From NCBI GenBank assembly GCA_965249535.1, contig OZ252241.1, positions 1,020,730 to 1,084,729 of the forward strand: 64,000 nt of DNA, read 5' to 3'. Each line of letters starts with the position of its first letter. The stretch's first letter is position 1. Below, one piece after another: positions 48,417 to 56,489 of this stretch. The notes under the pieces were generated by a model. The model saw only the letters and a program-made list of their open reading frames with translations, did not search any database and was not told the origin of the DNA. The DNA is from Vicinamibacterales bacterium. Lineage in GTDB: Bacteria > Acidobacteriota > Vicinamibacteria > Vicinamibacterales > G965249535. A program made the translations under genes and the position numbers.

Positions 48417-49046
48417 GTGGGAAAATTTTTGAGCCGTTTCTTCCAAAGTCACAAAACATTGAATAACCCTATCATTGTTGTTTCGGGTCTTCCACGATCT
48501 GGTACGTCCATGATGATGGGCATGCTGGAAAGTGGAGGACTCGATCTTTTGACTGACGGTATCAGAACGGCCGATGAAGACAACCCTAAGGGATACTACG
48601 AATTTGAGCGCGTAAAGGGACTCGACAAGACCGAAGACACATCGTGGCTTAGGTCTGCCCAGAACAAAGGAGTGAAGATCATTTCGTTCCTGTTACAGCA
48701 CTTACCTGATACCTACAGCTACAAGATTATCTTTATGCGCCGCAGTATCAACGAAGTACTCGCTTCACAGAGCACGATGCTCTCGCGGCGGGCCGAGTCG
48801 CCAGGTAAAGTTAATGACACGGATATGGCTAAAATGTTTTCGCAGAATCTGAAAAAGATCGAAGTACTCATCGCTAAACGAACTAATTGTGACGTAATGT
48901 ACGTCGATTACCGGGAGGCCCTCGATTCGCCGACAACGGTAGCGAAAAAGGTTAATCATTTTCTTGGCGGAACTCTGGATGTCGAAAAAATGTCCCAAGT
49001 AATCGACGGACGACTGTATCGTAATCGAGCTAATCCTAAGAATTAA
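48417..49046 (+). CDS. Small PAPS-dependent sulfotransferase-family protein
   Basis: 209 aa. 5'-PSB-loop-like GLPRSGTSMMMGML near the N-terminus, and a later IIFMRRSINEVLAS (3'-PB-like) segment. Confidence 0.65.
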   Translation: MGKFLSRFFQSHKTLNNPIIVVSGLPRSGTSMMMGMLESGGLDLLTDGIRTADEDNPKGYYEFERVKGLDKTEDTSWLRSAQNKGVKIISFLLQHLPDTYSYKIIFMRRSINEVLASQSTMLSRRAESPGKVNDTDMAKMFSQNLKKIEVLIAKRTNCDVMYVDYREALDSPTTVAKKVNHFLGGTLDVEKMSQVIDGRLYRNRANPKN

Positions 49047-49099
49047 GGTAAAGCTCTAGGCAATTATCAGAATCCAAACTGTTGTAACCGGAGTGAGCG

Positions 49100-51268
49100 G
49101 TGAAGTGTTCCATCCGTAAATTGCCAATAGTAATGTTGATCGTTGGTTTGCTGCTGTTTGCATCAGGCACGGCGGATGCGTACGTAGGCCCAGGTGCCGG
49201 CTTTGCCTTCGTTTCCTCCTTCTTTATCCTCATTTTCACGATGTTCCTAGCCTTCCTTACGATGCTAACCTGGCCATTTCGGCTAGTGATGCAACGTATC
49301 CGTGGAAGAAAAGCACATGCAGCAAGCCGCGTTCAGCAAGTCGTCATCCTTGGCTTAGATGGACAGGACCCGGAATTGACTCAGCAATTCATGAACAAAG
49401 GTCTACTTCCAAATTTTTCACGATTGAAAGAAAAAGGGACATTTCTACCCTTAGAGACGACGCTGCTCGCCGAATCGCCGGTTGCATGGACATCATTTCA
49501 GACTGGCTGCAACCCCGGCAAGCACCGAATATTTGATTTTCTAGTCCCAAATCGTAAGTCATACCTTCCAGAACTGTCTTCGGCCAAAGTAAGCTCATCC
49601 AAACGAACACTCAGTATCGGACGTATCCGTATCCCGATAGGAAAACCGAACATTCAAGGCGGTCGTAGGAGTCAAACCTTTTGGAAGATTCTCGGAGCAC
49701 ATGGAATCTTTAGCACAATTCTCCGAGTCCCGATCACATTCCCTCCAGAGAAATTCAACGGAGTAATGTTGTCGGCGATGAGTGTGCCGGATCTGAAAGG
49801 GACTCAAGGGACCTACTATTACTTCACTAGTGATCCACTTGAACGGATACAACTTACTAGCGGAGAGCGCTTTCCGATTGAGCTCAACGATGGAACGGCC
49901 AAGGGAGTGATTCATGGACCAGAGAATACTTTAAGCCGTACTGGCGGTGAAATGCATCTTCCATTCGAGATAAAAATAGGAAAAGGCCAACTTTTGTCAA
50001 AAATTCAACTCGCTGGTAAAACGTATCCTCTAAAGCTCAAGGATTACACGCCGTGGATTCCTTTAGGATTCAGAGCCGGACCAGGAATCAAGGTCCAGGG
50101 CATTGTGCGTTTCTACCTTCTTGAAACCTCGCCGCACGTGAAACTGTATATGACGCCAATCAATATCGATCCTGAAAAACCCGCTTTACCAATCTCGTAC
50201 CCCTTCACGTACGCCATTTACTTAGCCAAAACACAGGGACGCTATTCAACTCTAGGTCTGGCCGAAGACACGTCGGCTTTAAATGAAAATGTGGTAGACG
50301 AAGATGCTTTCCTAGCGCAAACCTATCTGATTCATCAGGAACGTGAACGCATGTTTTTTGATGCACTTAATAAAACAACTCGAGGTGCGACTGTTTGTGT
50401 ATTCGACATTACGGACCGCCTTCAACATATGTTTTTTCGTCATCTCGACCGTAGCCATCCGGCTAATCGCGGACGAAATGTCACGAAACACCGTGATGCC
50501 ATAAAGAAACTGTACCGGGATATGGACGACCTCGTCGGACGAACCATGAACCTGTTAGACGATAAAACAGTACTCATCGTCATGTCTGATCATGGCTTCA
50601 AATCTTTTAGACGCGGTGTCAATCTAAACAGCTGGCTCCATCAAAATGGATTTCTGGCCGTTAAGCATAAACCTACTGGAATAGATATGTTCCAAGATGT
50701 TGATTGGGAAAATACGAAGGCTTACGCCGTTGGTTTCGGTGGTATCTACTTAAATGTTGTTGGCAGGGAAGCTCAAGGAACCGTGACGCCAGGAGAGGCA
50801 GCTGAGAGCGTCAAACTGGAAATTAGAGAAGGGTTGCAACGCCTATACGACGAAAAAGAAGATGTCTACCCAGTTAAATCGGTTTATGACTCGAAAAAAG
50901 TGTACACGGGCCCTTATGTATCAGATGCTCCTGATCTTATCGTTGGGTTTCGTCCAGGGCATAGGGTCGCCTGGGGATCAGTCACAGGTAGTATTAGCGA
51001 CGAGATCATCGAAGACAACGACCGCTATTGGAGTGGAGATCATAATTTCAATCCGCCTGATGTCCCTGGAATGTTCTTCTGCAATTGGAAGATTGCAACT
51101 AAAACCCCCAGCATTCTTGATCTCGGTCCCACAGTGCTGGACTTGTTTGGCGTGCCCATACCGCCCTATTGTGACGGTAAGTCTCTGATCCCGAGAATTA
51201 CAAAACCCAAGGTAATTAGTGAAACGTCCGATGACCAATCACAGTTAAAGCAAGTGGCCATTCGATGA
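49100..51268 (+). CDS. Alkaline-phosphatase-superfamily protein (nucleotide pyrophosphatase/phosphodiesterase-like), membrane anchored
   Basis: 722 aa. Two N-terminal hydrophobic segments flank YVGPGAG. VVILGLDGQDPEL, ESPVAWTSFQTGCNPGKHRIFDF (nucleophile region) and VMSDHGF. Confidence 0.7.
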   Translation: MKCSIRKLPIVMLIVGLLLFASGTADAYVGPGAGFAFVSSFFILIFTMFLAFLTMLTWPFRLVMQRIRGRKAHAASRVQQVVILGLDGQDPELTQQFMNKGLLPNFSRLKEKGTFLPLETTLLAESPVAWTSFQTGCNPGKHRIFDFLVPNRKSYLPELSSAKVSSSKRTLSIGRIRIPIGKPNIQGGRRSQTFWKILGAHGIFSTILRVPITFPPEKFNGVMLSAMSVPDLKGTQGTYYYFTSDPLERIQLTSGERFPIELNDGTAKGVIHGPENTLSRTGGEMHLPFEIKIGKGQLLSKIQLAGKTYPLKLKDYTPWIPLGFRAGPGIKVQGIVRFYLLETSPHVKLYMTPINIDPEKPALPISYPFTYAIYLAKTQGRYSTLGLAEDTSALNENVVDEDAFLAQTYLIHQERERMFFDALNKTTRGATVCVFDITDRLQHMFFRHLDRSHPANRGRNVTKHRDAIKKLYRDMDDLVGRTMNLLDDKTVLIVMSDHGFKSFRRGVNLNSWLHQNGFLAVKHKPTGIDMFQDVDWENTKAYAVGFGGIYLNVVGREAQGTVTPGEAAESVKLEIREGLQRLYDEKEDVYPVKSVYDSKKVYTGPYVSDAPDLIVGFRPGHRVAWGSVTGSISDEIIEDNDRYWSGDHNFNPPDVPGMFFCNWKIATKTPSILDLGPTVLDLFGVPIPPYCDGKSLIPRITKPKVISETSDDQSQLKQVAIR

Positions 51269-53304
51269 ACAAGAAAAAGAAAAGGCTGGTTCGTCTGATC
51301 ATCTACTCTGTTTTAGCAACGACCTGTGTATCGGTCGCGTTTACCATCGAAACAAACGAAAATCGGAGAGTCATTATCATAGGAATCGATGGCCTGGATC
51401 CAAAGCTGCTCGAACGTTTCATCGCTGACGGCCGCCTACCGAACTTTAAACAGCTCGTTTCACAAGGCGACCTCAAACCCCTCGAGACCAGTATGCCTCC
51501 CCTCAGTCCGGTTGCATGGTCGAACTTCATAACGGGAATGAAGTCTGGTGGCCATGGGATCTTCGATTTCATTCATCGCGATCCGGAAACATATCTCCCG
51601 TACGACTCAATCTACAGAGTTGGCCAACCCGGTCGCAGCCTAGGATTCGGAACATGGGTCATTCCTTTCTCTGGCGGAGAAGTAGAGCTCTTAAGAAAGG
51701 GACAAGCTTTTTGGGAAATTCTTGAAGACGAAGGTGTACCTACTACCATTTTCCGAATGCCAGTCAACTTCCCTCCGGTTAAAACAAATGGTCGGTCTCT
51801 CTCAGGTATGGGAACACCTGATATCCTCGGTACGCATGGAACATTCTCCTTCTATACGGATTCCCCACTCGACAATGCAACCGAGATCTCTGGTGGAGCA
51901 GTTTACCTCGTAGACGTTATCGGCAACCGAGTAAAAGAAAAACTCAGAGGACCGCCAAATACTTTCCGGAGATTCCCTAAGTCGTCCTCATCATCTCGTT
52001 ATGGCCTCAGTCAACCTGGAGAGCCTCAATACGAGAATCCTGAGCTAGCTGTTGATTTCGAAGTGTTTCTGGATCCTGATAATGCCGCGGCAAAATTTGT
52101 CGTTCAAGATACTGAATTCATCCTGAACGAAGGTGAGTGGAGCGATTGGATCGAGGTGAACTTCGAAGCCGTACCTTACGTCGTAAACATAAGTGCAGTC
52201 GCCCATTTCTATTTGAAACAAGTGAGGCCTGACTTCAAGCTTTACGTAACGCCACTCCAAATTAGCCTGAAGAATCCTGCACTACCGATATCAACCCCAG
52301 AAGGCTGGGCCAGTGAACTCTACAACGAACTCGGTCACATTTACACACAAGAACTCCCCGAAGATACCAAGGCATTCACAACCGGTATTTTCTCGGGTCA
52401 AGAATTTTGGGAACAATCACAGCTCATTTACAAAGAACGACGCAGGGCACTCGATTACATGCTCGACTCCTTCGAAGATGAGGGACTGCTGTTTTTCTAC
52501 TTTTCCTCAGTAGATCAAGGAACTCACATGCTCTACCACTACATGGATGAGGCTCACCCAGCATTCACCCGAGAGGCTCAGCTGTTCGATGGAATCGGAA
52601 CCCTCTACGAAGAGATGGATGAGGCCATTGGGAGAGTTCTTGAAGAAGTGGATAACGATACAACCTTGATCGTTATGTCAGACCACGGATTCTCTCCGTT
52701 CTACTGGGGAGTAAATCTGAACACGTGGTTACTCGAAAACGGCTACGTAACATTAAAGAATCCAGCGAATCAGGGCCAACTACCTCTTTACCTTAACGTT
52801 GACTGGTCCGCCACAAAGGCCTATGCGGCTGGACTCAACGGTCTTTACATTAATCTCAAGGGTCGTGAACGAAACGGCATCGTCGAGCCAGGGCTAGAGT
52901 ACGAACAACTACTCACCCAACTGGAAATAGACTTGCTGGCTATGCGAGACGACCGGACAGGCCAACAAGCTGTTACACTGGCTCTCCGAGCCGATCAAGA
53001 GTTTGAAGGAGACTATCCATCGGTCGGTCCAGATCTCGTGGTTGGTTACAATTGGGGTTATCGTAGTTCCTGGGAAAACCCGTTGGGTGAATTTCCACCA
53101 GAGATCTTCGTGGACAATGACGACCCTTGGAGTGGTGACCACGCCATCGACTATCGACTGGTTCCGGGTGTCCTTCTCACCAATCAACGAATCACACTTA
53201 AGGAACCAACACTCTACGATCTCACAGTCGCCGTTCTCGACGAATTCGGCGTCTCGCCCCTACCCGAAATGATAGGTGAGGATTGCCTAGAGCCAAGAAA
53301 ATAG
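51265..53304 (+). CDS. Alkaline-phosphatase-superfamily protein, paralogue of the upstream gene
   Basis: 679 aa with an ATGA overlap and a single N-terminal anchor. VIIIGIDGLDPKL, LSPVAWSNFITGMKSGGHGIFDF and VMSDHGF. It is collinear with the 49100 gene. Confidence 0.7.
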   Translation: MNKKKKRLVRLIIYSVLATTCVSVAFTIETNENRRVIIIGIDGLDPKLLERFIADGRLPNFKQLVSQGDLKPLETSMPPLSPVAWSNFITGMKSGGHGIFDFIHRDPETYLPYDSIYRVGQPGRSLGFGTWVIPFSGGEVELLRKGQAFWEILEDEGVPTTIFRMPVNFPPVKTNGRSLSGMGTPDILGTHGTFSFYTDSPLDNATEISGGAVYLVDVIGNRVKEKLRGPPNTFRRFPKSSSSSRYGLSQPGEPQYENPELAVDFEVFLDPDNAAAKFVVQDTEFILNEGEWSDWIEVNFEAVPYVVNISAVAHFYLKQVRPDFKLYVTPLQISLKNPALPISTPEGWASELYNELGHIYTQELPEDTKAFTTGIFSGQEFWEQSQLIYKERRRALDYMLDSFEDEGLLFFYFSSVDQGTHMLYHYMDEAHPAFTREAQLFDGIGTLYEEMDEAIGRVLEEVDNDTTLIVMSDHGFSPFYWGVNLNTWLLENGYVTLKNPANQGQLPLYLNVDWSATKAYAAGLNGLYINLKGRERNGIVEPGLEYEQLLTQLEIDLLAMRDDRTGQQAVTLALRADQEFEGDYPSVGPDLVVGYNWGYRSSWENPLGEFPPEIFVDNDDPWSGDHAIDYRLVPGVLLTNQRITLKEPTLYDLTVAVLDEFGVSPLPEMIGEDCLEPRK

Positions 53305-53463
53305 TGCGAGTTCCTCTTCTTGATTTGACAGCCATCCCGGCTCTGCTAACTCTTAGGCAATCAACAATGTCTACCCAACAAGAGAAATGTTGAAGACGAT
53401 GAACCCATAAGGTAGTTATAAGATGTCCGTGTAATCGACTTTAGTTAGAGGAGGTTGGCTAAC

Positions 53464-53655
53464 ATGTTCGGATCCAGGATCAAGATTGATAAAACCCTCC
53501 TTACCAGAGCCACGAAATACTCTGCGATTGCGGGTTACTCTTCTGTTGAAGAATTCGTGAACCATGCACTGGAAAAAGAACTCGTCCAACTCGAGGGAGC
53601 TGACTCTGAAGAAGAGATAAAAAAACGACTCAAAGGTTTAGGGTACATCTCGTAG
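53464..53655 (+). CDS. Small hypothetical protein (possible ribbon-helix-helix-like)
   Basis: GAGGAGG RBS 9 nt before ATG 53464 (the track starts at TTG 53455). 63 aa: MFGSRIKIDKTLLTRATKYSAIAGYSSVEEFVNHALEKEL...GLGYIS. Confidence 0.45.
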   Translation: MFGSRIKIDKTLLTRATKYSAIAGYSSVEEFVNHALEKELVQLEGADSEEEIKKRLKGLGYIS

Positions 53656-53742
53656 GTAACAGAAAAAGTCGCAGCGCGTTGGTCGTCTACTGAAAAGACA
53701 CGTCGATATGCGGCACTCGAAGATTAGCAAACAAAAGAGGAA

Positions 53743-54576
53743 ATGATAGCGCTTACCCAAACAATCAACGCTACCCTTACTTTCATTTTCGACATAATCT
53801 CGTGGCCGTTACAGGCATTAGACCCTATTTGGGCGATGGCCGTGATCTCACTGTTGGTTGGTCCGTTAATGGTCTGGATCTTTGGAAAAATCTCAAATCA
53901 AGAAGCCATCAAGTTAATCCGAGATCGGATCAGAGGTAATTTGATCGGGGTTCGCTTGTTTCAAAACAATGTGCGCGTTGTGCTCACTTTGCAAGGAATG
54001 ATCGCACGTGACACCCTTCGATTCATGGCGCACGCGCTATTTCCAATGCTAGTTCTCCTAATACCTCTTGTCCTGGTGATGACTCAACTTAACCTCCGGT
54101 TCTCGGCACGCCCCTTACGACCGGGAGAAAACGCTGTCGTAAAGGTCCAGGTTCGGAATGATGCTGCGCTTCTTGAACGAATACAACTCGAGCCGTCCCA
54201 AGGAGTCACTATTGAAACACCCGCTGTACGAATCCCTTCCAAACGCGAGGTCGCCTGGCGCGTAAGGGCCGAAGTCGCCGGATCGCATTCTCTCGTAGTT
54301 CAGATAGGCAACGACTCGATAAAAAAGGGTCTGATTGCTGGTAGCGGTTGGACGACCGTATCAGGACTACGAACCGGGCGAAGTCTCTGGGAAATCCTTC
54401 TATATCCAGGCGAAAAACCAATACCAAGTTCAGTAGTCGTGGAATCCATAGAGATTAACTATCCGTCACTCGATCTGATAATCTTGGGTTGGAATTTCCA
54501 GTGGTTAGTCTTGTTCCTAGTCCTATCTATGGGCTCAGGTTTCGCATTCAAAGGCGTCTTGGGAGTCGAGGTCTAG
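53743..54576 (+). CDS. Hypothetical membrane protein
   Basis: 277 aa. Two or three N-terminal helices, a soluble beta-rich middle region and a C-terminal helix. I recognise no family. Confidence 0.5.
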   Translation: MIALTQTINATLTFIFDIISWPLQALDPIWAMAVISLLVGPLMVWIFGKISNQEAIKLIRDRIRGNLIGVRLFQNNVRVVLTLQGMIARDTLRFMAHALFPMLVLLIPLVLVMTQLNLRFSARPLRPGENAVVKVQVRNDAALLERIQLEPSQGVTIETPAVRIPSKREVAWRVRAEVAGSHSLVVQIGNDSIKKGLIAGSGWTTVSGLRTGRSLWEILLYPGEKPIPSSVVVESIEINYPSLDLIILGWNFQWLVLFLVLSMGSGFAFKGVLGVEV

Positions 54577-54621
54577 CACCTCCCTTTAACTCAGGGAACA
54601 TGCGACGACACTTCTTACTAC

Positions 54622-54651
54622 TTGACGGATAGGGCTCTTACCAGTTATAAA
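54622..54651 (+). promoter_or_regulatory. Sigma70-like promoter of the cys leader/operon
   Basis: TTGACG (54622-54627), a 17-nt spacer, then TTATAA (54645-54650); or an 18-nt spacer to TATAAA. The predicted start site is only a few nt before ATG 54663. Confidence 0.5.
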
Positions 54652-54662
54652 ATAGGGGTAAG

Positions 54663-54761
54663 ATGATGAATGTGAACGTTTACCGGTGCTCCTGTTGCTG
54701 TTGTACGGAGGTCCAATTGGGCCCCCGCGCCGACGGTCGTTGTGTGTACCAAGATTTCTAA
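54663..54761 (+). CDS. 32-codon Cys-rich leader ORF (MMNVNVYRCSCCCCTEVQLGPRADGRCVYQDF)
   Basis: Read by hand; it is below the ORF-track size cutoff. ATG ATG ... TGC TCC TGT TGC TGT TGT (54687-54704) ... TAA at 54759-54761. It sits between the promoter and the terminator, upstream of the sulfate-assimilation operon. Confidence 0.6.
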   Translation: MMNVNVYRCSCCCCTEVQLGPRADGRCVYQDF

Positions 54762-54786
54762 GACTGACACCAATAACTGACACGAA

Positions 54787-54836
54787 CGACAAAAGGCCCG
54801 GGTGGTTAGAAACCGCCCGGGCCTTTTGTCGTTTTT
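54787..54836 (+). terminator. Strong intrinsic terminator/attenuator hairpin
   Basis: CGACAAAAGGCCCGGG (54787-54802) pairs perfectly with CCCGGGCCTTTTGTCG (54816-54831). The stem is extendable by U-G, G-C and G-C to 19 bp with a 7-nt loop. TTTTT follows at 54832-54836, 17 nt before the next start codon. Confidence 0.8.
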
Positions 54837-54853
54837 GCGATCGAGAGGCGGCC

Positions 54854-55081
54854 ATGCTTGAAGAAAGTCCGATTCGGTCTGTAGTAAAAGCCATTTCCTG
54901 GCGTGTCTTGGCCTCGACAGCTACGATTATCCTAGTACTAATTTTTACGGGAGAGCTAGCTACAGCGATGACAGTAGGTGCTTTCGAAATGTTTATGAAG
55001 ATGATCCTCTACTTCGTCCACGAACGAGTATGGAATAAATTCACTCTCGGACGTAGGGAATTGCAAGGAATATCCTCATGA
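54854..55081 (+). CDS. DUF2061-domain small membrane protein
   Basis: 75 aa from ATG 54854: MLEESPIRSVVKAISWRVLASTATIILVLIFTGELATAMTVGAFEMFMKMILYFVHERVWNKF. The track ORF 54686..55081 includes spurious upstream codons that span the terminator. Confidence 0.75.
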   Translation: MLEESPIRSVVKAISWRVLASTATIILVLIFTGELATAMTVGAFEMFMKMILYFVHERVWNKFTLGRRELQGISS

Positions 55082-55812
55082 GAAATACAGTTACTGGCCT
55101 TTCTGATGGCGTATCAAAGAACAAGCTGAGACAATACGCACAGTCGATGGAAGGGTGGGCAGCCCTTGATATCCTCAAGTGGGCATCGACTTCCTTTTCC
55201 AAACGAGTAACTTGTGCCACAGGGTTCGGACCAGAGGGGTGCGTCCTCATCGATCTAATCGGGCGACACCAGCTCCCAATCGACTTATTCACGCTGGACA
55301 CAGGGTTACTTTTTCAAGAAACCTATACGCTCAAGAACCAGGTCGAACATCGCTACGGGATCGTCATACGAAGTATAAAGCCAAAGTTGACCGTCCAGGA
55401 ACAAGCCAACAAGCTAGGTCCAAATCTCTGGGATGCCAAACCAGACCTCTGTTGCGAAATTCGAAAGGTAGCTCCTCTTCGAGAAACACTCTCAGCGTTT
55501 GAAGCTTGGATCACAGCTATCCGCCGCGAACAGACCGCTACGCGAGCGAATGCTCAGGTAGTTGAGTGGGATGAAAATTTCCAACTGATCAAAGTAAACC
55601 CCCTTGCTCTGTGGTCAAACGAAGAAGTATGGAAATACCTACACGAACACAAGGTTCCATATAACTCCCTCCATGATGAGAACTACCCTAGCATCGGCTG
55701 CACACCGTGCACCAGTCCAGTTAAGCCCGGAGAGGGTTTGCGCAGTGGGCGATGGCGGGGCAAGTCTAAGTCAGAGTGTGGACTCCATGATTCACAAAGA
55801 ATCTCGGCTTGA
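55078..55812 (+). CDS. cysH: Assimilatory adenylylsulfate (APS) reductase, Fe-S type CysH
   Basis: 244 aa with an ATGA overlap to DUF2061. PAPS-reductase fold, C-terminal KSECGLH, plus the Cys pairs LCCEIRKVAPL and SIGCTPCT that mark the 4Fe-4S APS-reductase subgroup. Confidence 0.85.
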   Translation: MRNTVTGLSDGVSKNKLRQYAQSMEGWAALDILKWASTSFSKRVTCATGFGPEGCVLIDLIGRHQLPIDLFTLDTGLLFQETYTLKNQVEHRYGIVIRSIKPKLTVQEQANKLGPNLWDAKPDLCCEIRKVAPLRETLSAFEAWITAIRREQTATRANAQVVEWDENFQLIKVNPLALWSNEEVWKYLHEHKVPYNSLHDENYPSIGCTPCTSPVKPGEGLRSGRWRGKSKSECGLHDSQRISA

Positions 55813-56489
55813 TTCCAACAAACTGGCAACACTCAAACCTTGGTAGAATCAAATATGAAGGCGCGTTGGATGAAATGAGAGAAGACGACCTTTATCCATT
55901 GTTTGCGAAACTTGCCGGCCGCAAAGTAGTCTTGGTAGGCGGTGGTAAAGTTGCAGCATCGAAGCTCCCAGCACTTTTGACAGCGGCAGCTGAAGTCACC
56001 GTGGTCGCACCAAGGATTCGGCGGGACATCCAGGGACCCAAAGTTAAGCTTGTGCGCCGGGCGTTCGTGTCTCAAGATTTGAATGGGGCTTGGTTTGTGA
56101 TTGCAGCAGCACCGCAGCAGATAAACAGAGAGGTTTCAATCGCTGCGGAAGAGCGGCAGCTTTTCGTAAATGCTGTCGATGACCCAGCTAATGCTACCGC
56201 TTACTTGGGAGGAGTCGTTCGAAACAGTGGTGTCACTGTTGCAATATCGACGAACGGTCGTTCGCCCGCACTCGTTGGTCTTATACGAGAGGGGTTCGAA
56301 GCAGTACTCCCCTCTGCAGATCTGGAATCGTGGACAATTCAAGCACAAGCTACAAGAAAAGATTGGCAGGTTCGGATGGTTCCAATCGCTGATCGACGTC
56401 CCTTACTACTCCAAGCACTCAACCGCCTGTACGAAGAATCGGCCAAACAACGGAACCCGGATAACCACACACCACGAGTGAATCGATGA
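55809..56489 (+). CDS. Precorrin-2 dehydrogenase / sirohydrochlorin ferrochelatase (CysG N-terminal-domain type, SirC/Met8-like)
   Basis: Rossmann motif GRKVVLVGGGKVAASK. The TTG start at 55809 overlaps the cysH stop (TTGA); an alternative ATG lies at 55875. Confidence 0.8.
   Translation: MIPTNWQHSNLGRIKYEGALDEMREDDLYPLFAKLAGRKVVLVGGGKVAASKLPALLTAAAEVTVVAPRIRRDIQGPKVKLVRRAFVSQDLNGAWFVIAAAPQQINREVSIAAEERQLFVNAVDDPANATAYLGGVVRNSGVTVAISTNGRSPALVGLIREGFEAVLPSADLESWTIQAQATRKDWQVRMVPIADRRPLLLQALNRLYEESAKQRNPDNHTPRVNR

Noticed and set aside
54686-54853. N-terminal 56 codons of the 131-aa track ORF 54686..55081
   Set aside because: This part runs straight through the 19-bp terminator hairpin and has Arg/Pro-rich nonsense composition. 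The recognisable DUF2061 sequence begins at ATG 54854, after a GAGAGG RBS. The region is better explained by the Cys leader in another frame.
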